From NCBI RefSeq assembly GCF_049075655.1, contig NZ_CP157522.1, positions 1,088,001-1,152,000 of the forward strand: 64,000 nt of DNA, written 5' to 3'. This document shows positions 11,076 through 20,816 of this stretch, in pieces. The notes below the pieces were generated by a model, which was not told where the DNA came from, made no database searches, and saw only the letters and a list, made by a program, of their open reading frames with translations. The first letter of the stretch is position 1, and the number at the start of each line of letters is the position of its first letter. Made by a program: the position numbers and the translations under genes. The DNA is from Methanothermococcus sp. Ax23. Lineage in GTDB: Archaea; AGJL01; Methanococci; Methanococcales; Methanococcaceae.

Positions 11076-12436
11076 TGAAAGAAGTTTATAGAAGTCTTAT
11101 ATGTCCCGTCTGTGGCGGTGCATGTGATGATATTGAAGTAGAATTTGACTCTGAAAAGGAAGAAATAGTTGTTAAAAATGCCTGTAAAATGGGTGCGGCA
11201 AAATTTAAAGAGGTTTATAGTCATCACAGAATCAGAACTCCTCAGATAAAAAAAGATGGGAAATTTGAAAATGCAAGCTGGGATGAAGCTTTGGATAAAG
11301 CGGCTGAAATACTGGCAAATGCAAAAAGACCACTGTTTTTCATAGGAAGTGAAACATCGACAGAGGCGATGAGAGTTGGATTACACATGGCTGAGTATTT
11401 AAGGGGAGTGGCTGATTCAAACGCAACTATATGACACGGACCTACACTTATGGGAATTCAGGAATCCGGAATTTCTGGTTCCACAGCAGGAGAAGTAACA
11501 AATAGAGCAGACCTAGTGGTGTATTGGGGAACCAATCCAATGGACTCAATGCCTAGGCATCTGTCAAGATATGCGGTATATCCAAGAGGGTTTTTTAGAG
11601 AAAGGGGGAAACGAGATAGGTTTGTAGTTACAGTAGACCCGAGAAGAACAGCCACGGCAAAGGCATCTGACCTGTATATTCCTATAAAACCTAACTCCGA
11701 TTATGAAGCATTTGCGGCAATATTAACAATATTAAAAGGAAAGGAGCCACATCCTTCTGTGGAAGAAATCACAGGAATACCTATTGAAACCCTTAAAGAT
11801 TTGGCACATAAAATGACCACATGTCAGTTCGGAGCTCTCTACGGTGGATTGGGATTGCCTGCATCAAGAGGAAGGAACAGGAATATTGAAATGATTATGA
11901 AGGTAGTGGCTGAGATTAATAAATATACAAAATTCACCATAGGAGCAATTAGAGGACACTGTAATGTGGCAGGGTTCAACCAAATTGCATCCTGGATGTA
12001 TGGATTCCCATTTGGTGTGGATTTCCTGAGAGGATACCCAAGATTCAACCCAGGGGAAACTACAACAGTTGATTTATTACTCAACAAAGAAGTGGATGCC
12101 GTATTTGTAATGTGTGCTGATTTAGGAGCTCACCTGCCAAAAGAGTGTGTTGAGTATTTGAAAAATGACATTCCTGTGATTTGTGTAGATATAGCACCAT
12201 GTCCTACAACATCATTGGCTGATGTGGTGTTGCCGGGCGTAATTGATGCTATGGAGTGCGATGGAACATTTTACAGATTTGACAATATCCCTATCAACTA
12301 CAAGCCATTTACAAAATCTCCATTCCCATTCACAAAAAGCAACGAAGACACATTAAAACAGTTGTTTGAAAAAATAAAAGAAAAAGTAAATAACAATCCT
12401 GAAAGAACAGCGGATGATGTGAGAATAGAAGTTTAA
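11075..12436 (+). CDS. fmdB: Formylmethanofuran dehydrogenase subunit B, selenocysteine-containing (UGA at 11432-11434)
   Basis: The two track ORFs are in one frame joined by TGA: DSNATI-U-HGPTLMGIQ, the position of the metal-ligand Cys/Sec in FwdB/FmdB; CPVCGGACDD, RGHCNV; tRNA-Sec present in window. Confidence 0.92.
11521..11552 (+). promoter_or_regulatory. Candidate archaeal SECIS element inside fmdB CDS
   Basis: gtattggg-GAA-cca-atccaa-tgg-A-ctcaatgc: 8-bp stem (2 G-U), GAA/A internal loop, 3-bp apical stem; cctag/ctagg can extend the base. Confidence 0.6.
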
Positions 12437-12494
12437 TATTAAATATTTTTTATTTTTTTATTTTTATATTTATATTTATTTTAATATTATTTTT
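12437..12494. terminator. T-rich intergenic terminator region between convergent fmdB and moeA
   Basis: Multiple oligo-T runs directly after the fmdB stop. Confidence 0.55.
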
Positions 12495-13625
12495 TTACTC
12501 AAAAACCCACACATCAACAACATCATTTTTATTTTTTAAAGTTTCATCTTCTTTTATCTCAATTAATCCATCGGCATAGGCGATTGATGTAATTAAATTA
12601 GAGCCTTTAAATGTTGGGTATGCCATACCATCTTTTAATTTAACTGGACGGAAATATGTCATCCCATACTCGGAAGGTATATCTTCTGATAGGTGAGCTC
12701 TAACAACCTTCTTTGAAAATGGAACATGTGCCAGTTTTTTTAAGAACGGTAGTAAAAACACATAACTACAAGTTAAACAAGACACCACATTTCCGGGCAT
12801 GCAGAAAATCGGTTTTTTATTTATCTCACCAAAGAGCATAGGCATTCCAGGTCTCATTTTGACTTTATGAAATATTATTTCCCCTATGCTTGATACCACT
12901 CTTGGAAGATAGTCCTTTTTTCCAGCAGATACTCCACCGGAGGTAATAATTACATCGCAGTGTTCCAATGCCTTATTTATCTTACTTTTTAAATCATCAA
13001 TATCATCCTTTGCATTTCCAATAAATATTGGTTGGCAGTTTGATTTTTTTACAATGGAAAAAATTGTTTTTGAATTTACATCCTTTATTGAATTTAATTC
13101 ATTTCCCGTGGATATTATACCAACCTTTGGAGTTTCATAAACCTTTATTTTTTCAATACCCAACGATGCAATGATTCCTATATTTCTCTCGGTTATTACT
13201 GTCCCTTTTTTTAAAACTTTATCATTCTTTTTTATATCGTCCCCTATTTTTATTATATTGGTTTCTTCAATGTCACCAATTAAACGAATCTCATTATTTG
13301 ATTTTTCAACATATTCAATAGGGATTACATAATTAGCCCCTTCGGGAACTTTTGCACCTGTGGCAACATGGATACATTCGCCCTTTTCAATTTTTAAATC
13401 TCGCATATCTCCTGCAAGGACTTCATCTACTAGTGTGTAATGTTTTAAATTTAAATCTACAACAGCATAACCATCCTTATCCGATTTACTAAAAAATGGA
13501 ATGTCCATATTTGAAGTAATATCTTCTGCTAAAACTTTACCGTATGAATCGTATATATCTACATAATTTACCTTATTAAATGAATATTTATTCAATATAT
13601 TTTTTGCATCACATACGCTAATCAT
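12495..13625 (-). CDS. moeA: Molybdopterin molybdotransferase MoeA
   Basis: SDKDGYAV, VATGAKVP, ISTGNEL, SGGVSAGKKD, MPGNVVS. Confidence 0.92.
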   Translation of the reverse strand: MISVCDAKNILNKYSFNKVNYVDIYDSYGKVLAEDITSNMDIPFFSKSDKDGYAVVDLNLKHYTLVDEVLAGDMRDLKIEKGECIHVATGAKVPEGANYVIPIEYVEKSNNEIRLIGDIEETNIIKIGDDIKKNDKVLKKGTVITERNIGIIASLGIEKIKVYETPKVGIISTGNELNSIKDVNSKTIFSIVKKSNCQPIFIGNAKDDIDDLKSKINKALEHCDVIITSGGVSAGKKDYLPRVVSSIGEIIFHKVKMRPGMPMLFGEINKKPIFCMPGNVVSCLTCSYVFLLPFLKKLAHVPFSKKVVRAHLSEDIPSEYGMTYFRPVKLKDGMAYPTFKGSNLITSIAYADGLIEIKEDETLKNKNDVVDVWVFE

Positions 13626-13801
13626 TATATCACTACCTTTTTTGAAAATCTTAATATTTTAATTATTTTTTTAAATAATAGTAAGTCTTTATACTTAATA
13701 TTTATCCAGTTTAGTAATATGCACTAATTACAAATATAGTATATTATATATAAATTTCCAAACTGCCCCAATATAAAATTAAAATAAGATAATACTATCT
13801 A

Positions 13802-14013
13802 ATGAATTACTCCACCTTATGGCTGAGTTGAATGAAAACCTTTCTTCATGCCCCTTATCCTTCGGACGAAGTTTCCCAACTCATAAGGAATACTAGCTCA
13901 GAGATTGCCCCCTTTTAGATGTTCAATTTTGTTTTTTCTGACCAACAAAACCCAAAGGATTTGTCGAAAATCCGAACTTGTGAGTTTTCATCTGGATATC
14001 ACAGGTTATAACC
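13802..14013 (-). other. Structured non-coding element, probably a degenerate IS200/IS605 right end/omegaRNA remnant
   Basis: GC-richer intergenic stretch with several stems; minus strand reads gagttgggaaacttcgtcc[43 nt]ataaggtggagtaattcat, resembling an IS605-type right end with an insertion. Confidence 0.4.
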
Positions 14014-14103
14014 TATAAATAGTATAATATAATATATCATTAACAACTAAACAATATTGTAGATTTTATACGATTATACTACATAACCTAAATTGGGGTT
14101 AGT

Positions 14104-14487
14104 ATGAAATTATTATCTAAAAGAGCTCAGCTATCATTAGAATTTTCAATATTGCTTTTAGCAATACTTGTAATGTCCATTTTATCAATTTATTATTTCC
14201 TAAATGATAATTTTAACGAAAAAGACAGGATGCTAGATAAAATAGAAGTTGGGGCTAAAACTGCTGTTTCACTTGTGAATTCTGGATGCAATGGAACTCA
14301 TACGGATTATCCGATAATATATTTAGGTATGAAATATGATGACACTAAAACAAATATTAGTATATATGTAAAAAACCGGAGCTCCGTAGATGATTACACA
14401 AAAAAGTTTATTAACTACACAATATATAATAGTCAAAATATAAATAGCTCTAAATATAATATAAACGTAATATATTCAAATGACTAG
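14104..14487 (+). CDS. Class III signal peptide (pilin-like) protein
   Basis: KRAQLSLEF followed by a hydrophobic helix. Confidence 0.8.
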   Translation: MKLLSKRAQLSLEFSILLLAILVMSILSIYYFLNDNFNEKDRMLDKIEVGAKTAVSLVNSGCNGTHTDYPIIYLGMKYDDTKTNISIYVKNRSSVDDYTKKFINYTIYNSQNINSSKYNINVIYSND

Positions 14488-14497
14488 AAGGGATAGT

Positions 14498-14824
14498 ATG
14501 GCATGTATCGACAATTATAATTATGAAATATTGCACAAAGGTTCATTTAGGGAATGTGCGGAATACATCAGAAACAATTATAAAAACATAAGGGATTTAG
14601 ACGCTGGGGAGGAAGTTGTGGAAGGGGTCATGTTAATTGGTAAGCCGCCAATTCCAATAGCTTATGAAGAAGATTATATTGTATTTCCATATACAAAACC
14701 ATGTTATGGAAGTTTTGTTTTAAAAATCCCCTTAGAGGAATATATAAAAAGCGAAAAGAAGAAAAATGAAGATAAAAAAGATAAAGAAGGTAAAAATATA
14801 TTATCTAAATTAAAATTTTGGTAA
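14498..14824 (+). CDS. DUF1894-family protein
   Basis: MACIDNYNYEIL...FPYTKPCYG; paired with DUF1890. Confidence 0.75.
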   Translation: MACIDNYNYEILHKGSFRECAEYIRNNYKNIRDLDAGEEVVEGVMLIGKPPIPIAYEEDYIVFPYTKPCYGSFVLKIPLEEYIKSEKKKNEDKKDKEGKNILSKLKFW

Positions 14825-14833
14825 GGTGGTATT

Positions 14834-15280
14834 TTGAAGATAATGATTATATTGGGGTGTCCAGAACCTCCTGTTTTAATTCCTTCTTTTATATATCTTT
14901 TAAATATGCTAAAAAATAATGGTCATGAAGTGGTTGTTTCGGCAAATCCTGCTGCATTAAAATTGATTGAAACAGCTGACCCTGAAAAATATTATTTAAA
15001 AGGTGTTGGATTTCAAAATATAGACGAAGGATTGAAGCATAAATTTGATGTTGATATGATTATTGGTTTTGCACATAATGATGCTGCTGTTAATTATATT
15101 ATTACCTATAAAACAGTTTATGGTTCAAAAACTACTGCATTGGTATTTGGTAGGTGTATAAACGAAGAATTTGTAAAAAGTTTGGAAGAAGAAGGTATTA
15201 AAACATTTACCGCCAGGGCATTCCATAACCCAATGCCTGTTGTTGTGCAGTTAAAAAAGATTGTAAATGAAAATTTATAA
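14834..15280 (+). CDS. DUF1890-family protein
   Basis: ILGCPEPPV, GFAHNDA, ARAFHNP. Confidence 0.78.
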   Translation: MKIMIILGCPEPPVLIPSFIYLLNMLKNNGHEVVVSANPAALKLIETADPEKYYLKGVGFQNIDEGLKHKFDVDMIIGFAHNDAAVNYIITYKTVYGSKTTALVFGRCINEEFVKSLEEEGIKTFTARAFHNPMPVVVQLKKIVNENL

Positions 15281-15322
15281 CCATATAATCTATTTTATTT
15301 ATTTTTATAAAACTTGTATATT

Positions 15323-16093
15323 TTATATTTTGGTTAATTCATCCTGCTTTATCAGCGCTTCCCTTACACTTCTTTTAACACATTTTGCAATCATTTCTCC
15401 CAGTTTTGTATGCCCTCCCGTATAGTCTGCCTTTTTCCCGAATCCTTTAACAACAATTATATTATCCGTTCCTGTTCCAGTAGCCTGCAATTCTGGGTAT
15501 TTTGTGCTTTTTATGTTCAATTCCTGAAATGCGTTTGTTTTTGCTTCGGTAATTGTAATAATTGCCCTTGCCATTGCCCCATCTGTTAAATCTGCATTTG
15601 TTATAAGTATTATATTAACAGTTCCGACTTTTTCTTTTTCAACCAACTTTCCATTAACGATTTTATAGGTTTTAAAGTCTTTTTCGATATAATCCGCTTC
15701 TTCATCCCCCAACCGTATGGCATTAAATTTTGCTCCCGCAGTTGTAAATGCTATTGTGTAGAATTCATCAAATTCTTCTTTTGCAACGGCAAGATTGTCC
15801 ATATTTGCCCCAGTGGATAACAATGCAATATCCTTTTCATTTATGCCTATCTTTTCCAAAACCTGCTTTTCATAATCTTTATAACTATGGACCTTATCCC
15901 AGAATAGAACAGGTATTGAGTTATTTCCAACATATTTAACAGTTTTAAATCCCTCTCTTGTAGATAATACTTTTCTATTTTTATTAAATTCAATCATCAA
16001 TGTTTTTGTAGGTTCTGATTCATCTCCAATTTCTACTGTATGGGGTATTTTTAGAGCTCTCCAGTTATCCAATTTATAAATGTTTTCAATCAC
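15323..16093 (-). CDS. cbiZ: Adenosylcobinamide amidohydrolase CbiZ family
   Basis: GTVNII, AIITITEAK, ATGTGTD, GGHTKLGE. Confidence 0.85.
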   Translation of the reverse strand: MIENIYKLDNWRALKIPHTVEIGDESEPTKTLMIEFNKNRKVLSTREGFKTVKYVGNNSIPVLFWDKVHSYKDYEKQVLEKIGINEKDIALLSTGANMDNLAVAKEEFDEFYTIAFTTAGAKFNAIRLGDEEADYIEKDFKTYKIVNGKLVEKEKVGTVNIILITNADLTDGAMARAIITITEAKTNAFQELNIKSTKYPELQATGTGTDNIIVVKGFGKKADYTGGHTKLGEMIAKCVKRSVREALIKQDELTKI

Positions 16094-16275
16094 TTTACCA
16101 CCAGAAATAAATATTATATTTTTAATATAGTTTAATAATTTAGTATATTATTACGATATTATATTTAATTGATATTTAAATGTTTTAAAGTAATCTTAAA
16201 TTAAGCATATAAATAGATATGTCAATATTAAATATACCAATTATCCAAAAAATAAAAAATTAAACTATTGATAAT

Positions 16276-17361
16276 ATGATGAATAAAATACATGAAAAGC
16301 AATTAAACGAAAATAAAATTAAAATATTGGATGAGGTAAAAAAACATTATAAAGAATACTTTATTTACGCCATTAAAAGAAAATGGTTGGAAATTCCTGA
16401 TGAGATACACCATAAAGAAATAGGTTTTGGATATTTAAAAAAGGTAGATAATAGGAATATATCCTTCGATTCTGAAAAAGAATATTTAAAATGGGTTTTG
16501 GAAAACGCTCCATTTCATTTATATAAATCTCTCTCATATATGGAACATCCTGATTTCATTGGCGGTGCTTCTCAAAAAAAGATATTAAAAAGAGAGATGG
16601 CATTTGATATTGATGTCCATAGGGTAAAAAAATGCACTCATGAGGACGATGGCTGGATTTGTAAATACTGTTTGGAGGAGGCAAAAAATCAAGCATTTAT
16701 ATTAATTGATGAATTTTTAATATCTGATTTTGGTCTATCAAAAAATGATTTAAAAATAGTTTTCAGTGGAAATAGAGGATATCATATTTACATAAAACCG
16801 CAGGATGAGGAGATAAAAAATACCATAGAACATTGGGATAGGTATCAAAGGCGATATTTTATAGAGTATATATTGGGAAAGAATTTAAATTTAAATTATG
16901 TTGGAAGCGGATGGAGTAGGAGAATATTAAATAATATAAAAAATAAGCAGATAAAAACCCAGTTGAGTAAAACCAAAAATTGGAAGCAAATAATTGATAA
17001 AAAAAATGAAAATGATAAAAATAAAATACTATCAATAATAGAAAATACCAAAAACAGATTGGAACTTGATGAAAAGGTTATGGAAGATGACATTAGATTG
17101 TTAAGAGTAATTGGTTCTTTACATGGATATACAGGATTTATTGTTAAAGAAATAAAATACAATTCATTGGAATATTTTAACCCTTTAAACCATGCAGTAT
17201 TTTCTAAATTCAATAAAGAATATTATAATGTAAAAATAAATCAAAAGATTGATTCATTGAGAATAAAGGATAAAACCTACACTACTCGGAGTAAGGAAAT
17301 CCCTGCAAGCATGTTATTGTTTTTATTTGGTCATGGCGTGGATTTTGAAATATTGGATTAA
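16276..17361 (+). CDS. priS: DNA primase catalytic (small) subunit
   Basis: REMAFDID, VFSGNRGYH, LDEKVMEDDIRLLRVIGSLHG. Confidence 0.93.
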   Translation: MMNKIHEKQLNENKIKILDEVKKHYKEYFIYAIKRKWLEIPDEIHHKEIGFGYLKKVDNRNISFDSEKEYLKWVLENAPFHLYKSLSYMEHPDFIGGASQKKILKREMAFDIDVHRVKKCTHEDDGWICKYCLEEAKNQAFILIDEFLISDFGLSKNDLKIVFSGNRGYHIYIKPQDEEIKNTIEHWDRYQRRYFIEYILGKNLNLNYVGSGWSRRILNNIKNKQIKTQLSKTKNWKQIIDKKNENDKNKILSIIENTKNRLELDEKVMEDDIRLLRVIGSLHGYTGFIVKEIKYNSLEYFNPLNHAVFSKFNKEYYNVKINQKIDSLRIKDKTYTTRSKEIPASMLLFLFGHGVDFEILD

Positions 17362-17387
17362 TCATAGAAATTTAAGTTAATTTTAAA

Positions 17388-18354
17388 CGCTCATGTTCTT
17401 ATATCGGTTGAAAGTAATATCGATAACCATGTCTGTTTATTATTTAGTTTCAATGCCAACAAGTCTAAATACCCCTGTAACCATCGGAAACTAACTCCTC
17501 GGTATTTACTCATATAACTTCTTAAAAAACTGTGTCTATTCTCACAGCTATTGACATGAACATCTCCACGGGCAAATTCTCGCTTGGAATGATTTACAAA
17601 ATCATGCCCTTTCACAGTATTATCTAAATATATAGGTAGGTTTTCATAGATAGAATATTCATCAGTATATATCTTTATTTTTCCATTAATACAATCCTTA
17701 AATCTGTTCTTGAATTTTTTAGGAAACTTTTTAAGATTTTCAAAAACTGTGAATTTAACTTCCTTAGATTTTCGAACTACTATTGTAATTATTGGAGGTT
17801 TTCCTGATTTTGCTGTTCCTCTCCCTCTTTTGTGAGAACTTCTTTTTTTAGGATTCTTTTTTTAAACCTTTATCTCCTGCATGGATGTAAATTTCATCCA
17901 TCTCTATAATATCTTCCAATGTAGGGGATAATTTACCAGATATTTTTTGAACCTCATGGACGAAGTTTAAAACTGCTTTGTAGTCCCTATCCAATTCCTC
18001 AGAAATCTCTTTTGTAGATTTATGAGGCATATTTGCCAAAATATACATCATTTCATTAACTGGAAATTTATGATGTTCAAATATGGTATTAGTTAGGTCA
18101 TTGAATAATTTTCCACAGCTTTTACATTTATATCTTTGAGATTTCTTTGAGTTAGAGCCGTATTTTAAAATCTCTTTACTATTACAGTATGGACAAGTTA
18201 TTCCATCTTTCCATTTAGCTTTCCTAATTACCTCATAACATTTCTCTATATCTGGTAGAAATAAATTCCTGATAATGTCTTTATTCTCTATCATGGTAAA
18301 TATTATATATTTGAGAATATATAAATATTACCAACTGGAATATACAGATGAGCG
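17388..18354 (-). mobile_element. IS1595-family (ISXO2/ISH4-like) insertion sequence, 967 bp
   Basis: Imperfect ~23-bp TIRs cgctcatgttcttatatcggttg / cgctcatctgtatattccagttg; perfect 8-bp TSD ATTTTAAA at 17380-17387 and 18355-18362. Confidence 0.93.
17391..18294 (-). CDS. IS1595-family DDE transposase in two frames joined at an A7 run
   Basis: Zn ribbon CPYC...CKSC, HTH, EMDEIY; after a +1 shift at T7 17857-17863 the frame continues open: RGRGT...IYTDEY...VNHS...VHVNSCENRHS. Confidence 0.85.
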
Positions 18355-18357
18355 ATT

Positions 18358-19209
18358 TTAAATTCTGAATAAATCCAGCCCTATATCAACGGCACGGGCG
18401 GAATGTATTAAGCATCCCATGGATATTACATCAACATCGTATTTTGCATAGTCTAATACATTATCTTCGTTTATTCCACCACTAACTTCAATAAATGGTC
18501 TATATTTATTTTTATTTTCAAATTCATTTATTATATTAAGGGCTTCTTCAATATTATCAGGCTTAAAATTGTCTAACAATATAATATCTGGTCTGTATTT
18601 TAATACTTCTTTTAACTGCTCTAAATTATCTACTTCAATCTCCACCTTTTTTGAGAAACTGAGCTTTTTTATCTCATTAAAGCATTTCTCGATTCCAACG
18701 GCTTCAATGTGATTATCTTTAATCATCACCATATCATCCAATCTTAATCTATGGGTATCGCCTCCCCCAACATAAACTGCATATTTTTCAACCATTGATA
18801 GCATTGGGAGGGTTTTTCTTGTGCAGGCGATTTTTACATTTTTATTTATTTCCCTTACCATTTTTACTATGTGATATGTTTTCGTAGCTATTCCAGACAG
18901 ATGCATTAGAAAATTTAAAATTGTTCTTTCAAGTGTTAAAATTGTTTTTGTATTTCCATAAATCTCCATTATATGAGCATTTTTCTGGACGACACTCCCC
19001 TCATTTACAAAGATTTTGTATTTTAGATTATAATCATCCAAGAAATCCGCGACAAAATTTATTCCACAAACTACTGCATTCTCCTTAACTCTTATTACTG
19101 CCTTGGATTCGTGGTTTTTTGGAATAATCAATTCTGTGGTTAAATCTCCAAAACCAACATCATAAATAAGAGATTCTTTTAAGAGTTTTTTTACACATTC
19201 ATTTATCAT
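18358..19209 (-). CDS. nadC: Nicotinate-nucleotide pyrophosphorylase (quinolinate phosphoribosyltransferase)
   Basis: CTRKTLP, HRLRLDD, IKDNHI, EIEVD, LLDNF, EVSGGI; stop codon lies in the IS target duplication. Confidence 0.95.
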   Translation of the reverse strand: MINECVKKLLKESLIYDVGFGDLTTELIIPKNHESKAVIRVKENAVVCGINFVADFLDDYNLKYKIFVNEGSVVQKNAHIMEIYGNTKTILTLERTILNFLMHLSGIATKTYHIVKMVREINKNVKIACTRKTLPMLSMVEKYAVYVGGGDTHRLRLDDMVMIKDNHIEAVGIEKCFNEIKKLSFSKKVEIEVDNLEQLKEVLKYRPDIILLDNFKPDNIEEALNIINEFENKNKYRPFIEVSGGINEDNVLDYAKYDVDVISMGCLIHSARAVDIGLDLFRI

Positions 19210-19435
19210 AAAATCACCAATCAACATATCTATACCATTTTATATTATTTATTAAATTTTAACAGTGATGAATTATTTATTAAGGAATTCTGGAATTTTT
19301 TTAATTTATGAATATAAATACATTTAATATATCATTATGCCCTCTATGATTAGCCATATAATTAGCCATATATAGTATGTATTTAAAATATTATCAAATT
19401 ATTCTTTTATGTATATTATTATAAGGTGGTATCTT

Positions 19436-19828
19436 ATGCTTAAAACACTTCCCCCCACACTAAGAGAGAAAAAAAGATATATTTCATTTAAAATTCTTTA
19501 TCATAAGGAATTATCTGGAGGCGAGGTAGTAAATATAATCAGAACTGCAATTATTGATTACTATGGAGTTTGGGGCTGTTCAAAGAGTAATCCGTGGTTA
19601 ATTGATTATAATCATCCAAAGGGTCTTTTAAGAGTATGCCGTGATGAAGTGGATTTTGTGAAGTCCGCACTTATTTTATTTAATGAATATAAAAAACATC
19701 CAATAAATATAATAATATTAGGAGTTTCGGGAACTATCAAAAAGTCAAGAAAAAAGTTTTTAAAAGTCCCTCATGAAGAATATTATAAAGTTATTCAGAG
19801 AAGAAAAAAGGAGATGCAATCCAAATAA
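19436..19828 (+). CDS. rnp2: Ribonuclease P protein component 2 (Pop5)
   Basis: LPPTLREKKRY...LGVSGTIKK. Confidence 0.92.
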   Translation: MLKTLPPTLREKKRYISFKILYHKELSGGEVVNIIRTAIIDYYGVWGCSKSNPWLIDYNHPKGLLRVCRDEVDFVKSALILFNEYKKHPINIIILGVSGTIKKSRKKFLKVPHEEYYKVIQRRKKEMQSK

Positions 19829-19901
19829 TTCAATAAACCATAAAAATAATTAAAAAAATAACTTAAAAACATTAACCTAAATAAAAAATAAAGGTGCTAT
19901 C

Positions 19902-20816
19902 ATGTTAAAAACCAGCATATTTGGAATCGATTTTAAAAATCCTGTATTTTTAGCCGCTGGAGTGATGGGTGAAACAGGAAGTGCATTAAAAAGAATGGCA
20001 AAAAATGGTGCAGGAGCTCTATGCACAAAGTCAGTTGGAATGGAAAAAAGGGAAGGACATAACAATCCAACAATGGTTGAAGTTGAGGGAGGTTTCTTAA
20101 ATGCCATGGGACTTCCAAATCCAGGAGTAAGGGAATATGTCGAGGAACTTGAAAGAGTGAAGGATGATTTAAAACGAATGGATGCAAAATTAATAGGTTC
20201 TATATATGGAAAAGACCCCAATGAATTTTCGGAGGTTGCAGAAATTATTGAGCCCCATGTGCAATTAATAGAGTTAAACATATCCTGCCCACATGCCGGT
20301 GGTTGCTACGGAGCTCAGATAGGACAAAATCCAGATTTATCATATAAGGTTGTTTCTGCTGTAAAAGATGCTGTAAATATTCCCGTTGTGGCAAAACTTA
20401 CCCCAAATGTGGTAGATATAAAGGAGATAGCAAAAACTGTTGTTGAAGCAGGAGCTGATGGGATTACGGCAATAAATACCTTAGGTCCTGGAATGGTAAT
20501 AGATATAGAAACCCAAAAACCAATACTGGGAAATAAAGTCGGTGGAATGTCGGGAAAAGCTATAAAGCCAATAGCCGTAAAAAATGTATATGATATTTAC
20601 TCAGTAGTTGATGTCCCAATAATTGGAGTTGGAGGAATAACTACTGGATATGATGCTATTGAATTTATGTTGGCAGGAGCTCATGCTGTTCAGGTTGGAA
20701 CTGGTGTTTATTACAGAGGATACGACATATTTAATAAAATCTGCGATGAGATGGAGGCATTTTTAAAGGAGAAGAATCTCAAACTCAAAGATATAATAGG
20801 GGGAGCTCATGAGTGA
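19902..20816 (+). CDS. pyrD: Dihydroorotate dehydrogenase (family 1B catalytic subunit)
   Basis: [34 protein letters not shown]. Confidence 0.95.
   Translation: MLKTSIFGIDFKNPVFLAAGVMGETGSALKRMAKNGAGALCTKSVGMEKREGHNNPTMVEVEGGFLNAMGLPNPGVREYVEELERVKDDLKRMDAKLIGSIYGKDPNEFSEVAEIIEPHVQLIELNISCPHAGGCYGAQIGQNPDLSYKVVSAVKDAVNIPVVAKLTPNVVDIKEIAKTVVEAGADGITAINTLGPGMVIDIETQKPILGNKVGGMSGKAIKPIAVKNVYDIYSVVDVPIIGVGGITTGYDAIEFMLAGAHAVQVGTGVYYRGYDIFNKICDEMEAFLKEKNLKLKDIIGGAHE

Noticed and set aside
11075-12436. fmdB as two genes or a nonsense pseudogene
   Set aside because: The TGA is in frame exactly at the Cys/Sec ligand position, and tRNA-Sec and a SECIS-like hairpin are present.
13802-14013. RNase P RNA or SRP RNA
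   Set aside because: The conserved P4 (GAGGAAGU...ACAGAA) and SRP helix 8 motifs were not found on either strand.
19349-19372. Tandem 12-mer attagccatata x2 in the nadC/rnp2 spacer
   Set aside because: Only two copies, most simply a slippage duplication; no supporting context.
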